Virus record (IMG/VR): IMGVR_UViG_3300010385_000053
Length of the DNA stretch: 6,250 nucleotides
DNA from: a virus
Direction: 5' to 3' (one strand)
Shown here: piece by piece, positions 5,984 through 6,250 of the stretch
How the letters are laid out: each line of letters opens with the position of its first letter
Numbering within the stretch: position 1 is the first letter of the stretch
Position numbers and translations under genes: made by a program
Notes under the pieces: model-generated
What the model was told of the DNA's origin: nothing
Seen by the model: the letters and a program-made list of their open reading frames with translations, nothing else
The model's database searches: none

Positions 5984-6250
5984 TTATATTGCTCCTGCAA
6001 TTATTCTTGCACTGTGTAAAAGTGATGAAATAACAATTAAACCTGATATAGCTTGAAACAGGATTATGAAAGCTGAAAAGCTAAAGCAAAGGCTTTGGCC
6101 TGTAGTAAGTACAATGCATTTTTCTTCTGGTAGTTCGGCATTGGGTAGCCAGTCATCATATTTATCTGCGTACTGGCTAAGGTTAACTATTTCTTTAGGT
6201 ATTTCAGAACCAGCAATAGGAACACAATCAGCAGCACCCCCTTCACAATC
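5984..6250 (-). CDS. C-terminal 88 codons plus stop of the same pIII-like gene, seen again in the wrap-around copy. It shows how the ORF terminates.
   Basis: The frame is the same as 1..1519 because the offset of 6000 is divisible by 3. It reads ...HSARIIAGAI then TAA at 5986-5984, ending 1 nt before the pVI-like ATG at 5982. Confidence 0.8.
   Translation of the reverse strand, partial: DCEGGAADCVPIAGSEIPKEIVNLSQYADKYDDWLPNAELPEEKCIVLTTGQSLCFSFSAFIILFQAISGLIVISSLLHSARIIAGAI
6001..6250. repeat. Terminal redundancy, copy 2 (identical to 1-250).
   Basis: Same comparison as for copy 1. Confidence 0.95.

Larger units (their letters stand above)
1..6000 (-). mobile_element. Complete circular filamentous-phage (inovirus-type) genome unit of 6,000 nt. 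The coding, and presumably packaged, strand is the reverse complement of the given strand.
   Basis: An exact 250-nt direct overlap between the window ends gives a 6,000-nt period. The full inovirus module set is present in canonical order (Rep, ssDNA-binding, major coat with signal peptide, pIII-like, pVI-like, Zot/pI-like). Genes are tightly packed or overlapping, and there is a single large structured intergenic region. Confidence 0.85.

Noticed and set aside
5983-6000. TTG start at 6000 for the pVI-like gene (the track's 109-aa version).
   Set aside because: The ATG at 5982 has an AGGAG SD at proper spacing. The TTG start would overlap the pIII-like gene end by 17 nt and has no SD of its own.

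Overview
The window holds one complete, circularly permuted filamentous-phage (Inoviridae-type) genome of 6,000 nt, plus 250 nt of wrap-around: positions 1-250 are identical to 6001-6250. Nine genes lie on the minus strand in CTXphi-like order. They are a small unknown ORF, a Rep_trans/RstA-like rolling-circle initiator, a putative ssDNA-binding protein, a 65-aa membrane-anchored protein and a signal-peptide-bearing major coat protein. These are followed by a 23-aa hydrophobic micro-ORF, a 511-aa pIII-like adsorption protein, a pVI/Ace-like protein and a Zot/pI-like assembly ATPase. The pIII-like gene is the largest in the window but is missing from the supplied ORF track because it crosses the linearisation point; I translated it by hand. 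One small gene (3860-4051, +) is divergently transcribed from the replication operon and ends in a clean intrinsic terminator, so it is probably the phage repressor. Two non-coding regions carry the cis elements. The first (3741-3859) is a divergent promoter/operator region with tandem TTTCTAAG repeats. The second (4101-4327) is unusually G+C-rich and contains a 53-nt bulged hairpin, a repeated GAGGGGC heptamer, a purine tract and a 12-bp AT palindrome; it is the candidate origin, packaging signal or attP. There is no secretin, integrase, tRNA, CRISPR array or cargo/toxin gene. All product names come from motif recognition, gene order and protein architecture read by eye. No database search was possible.
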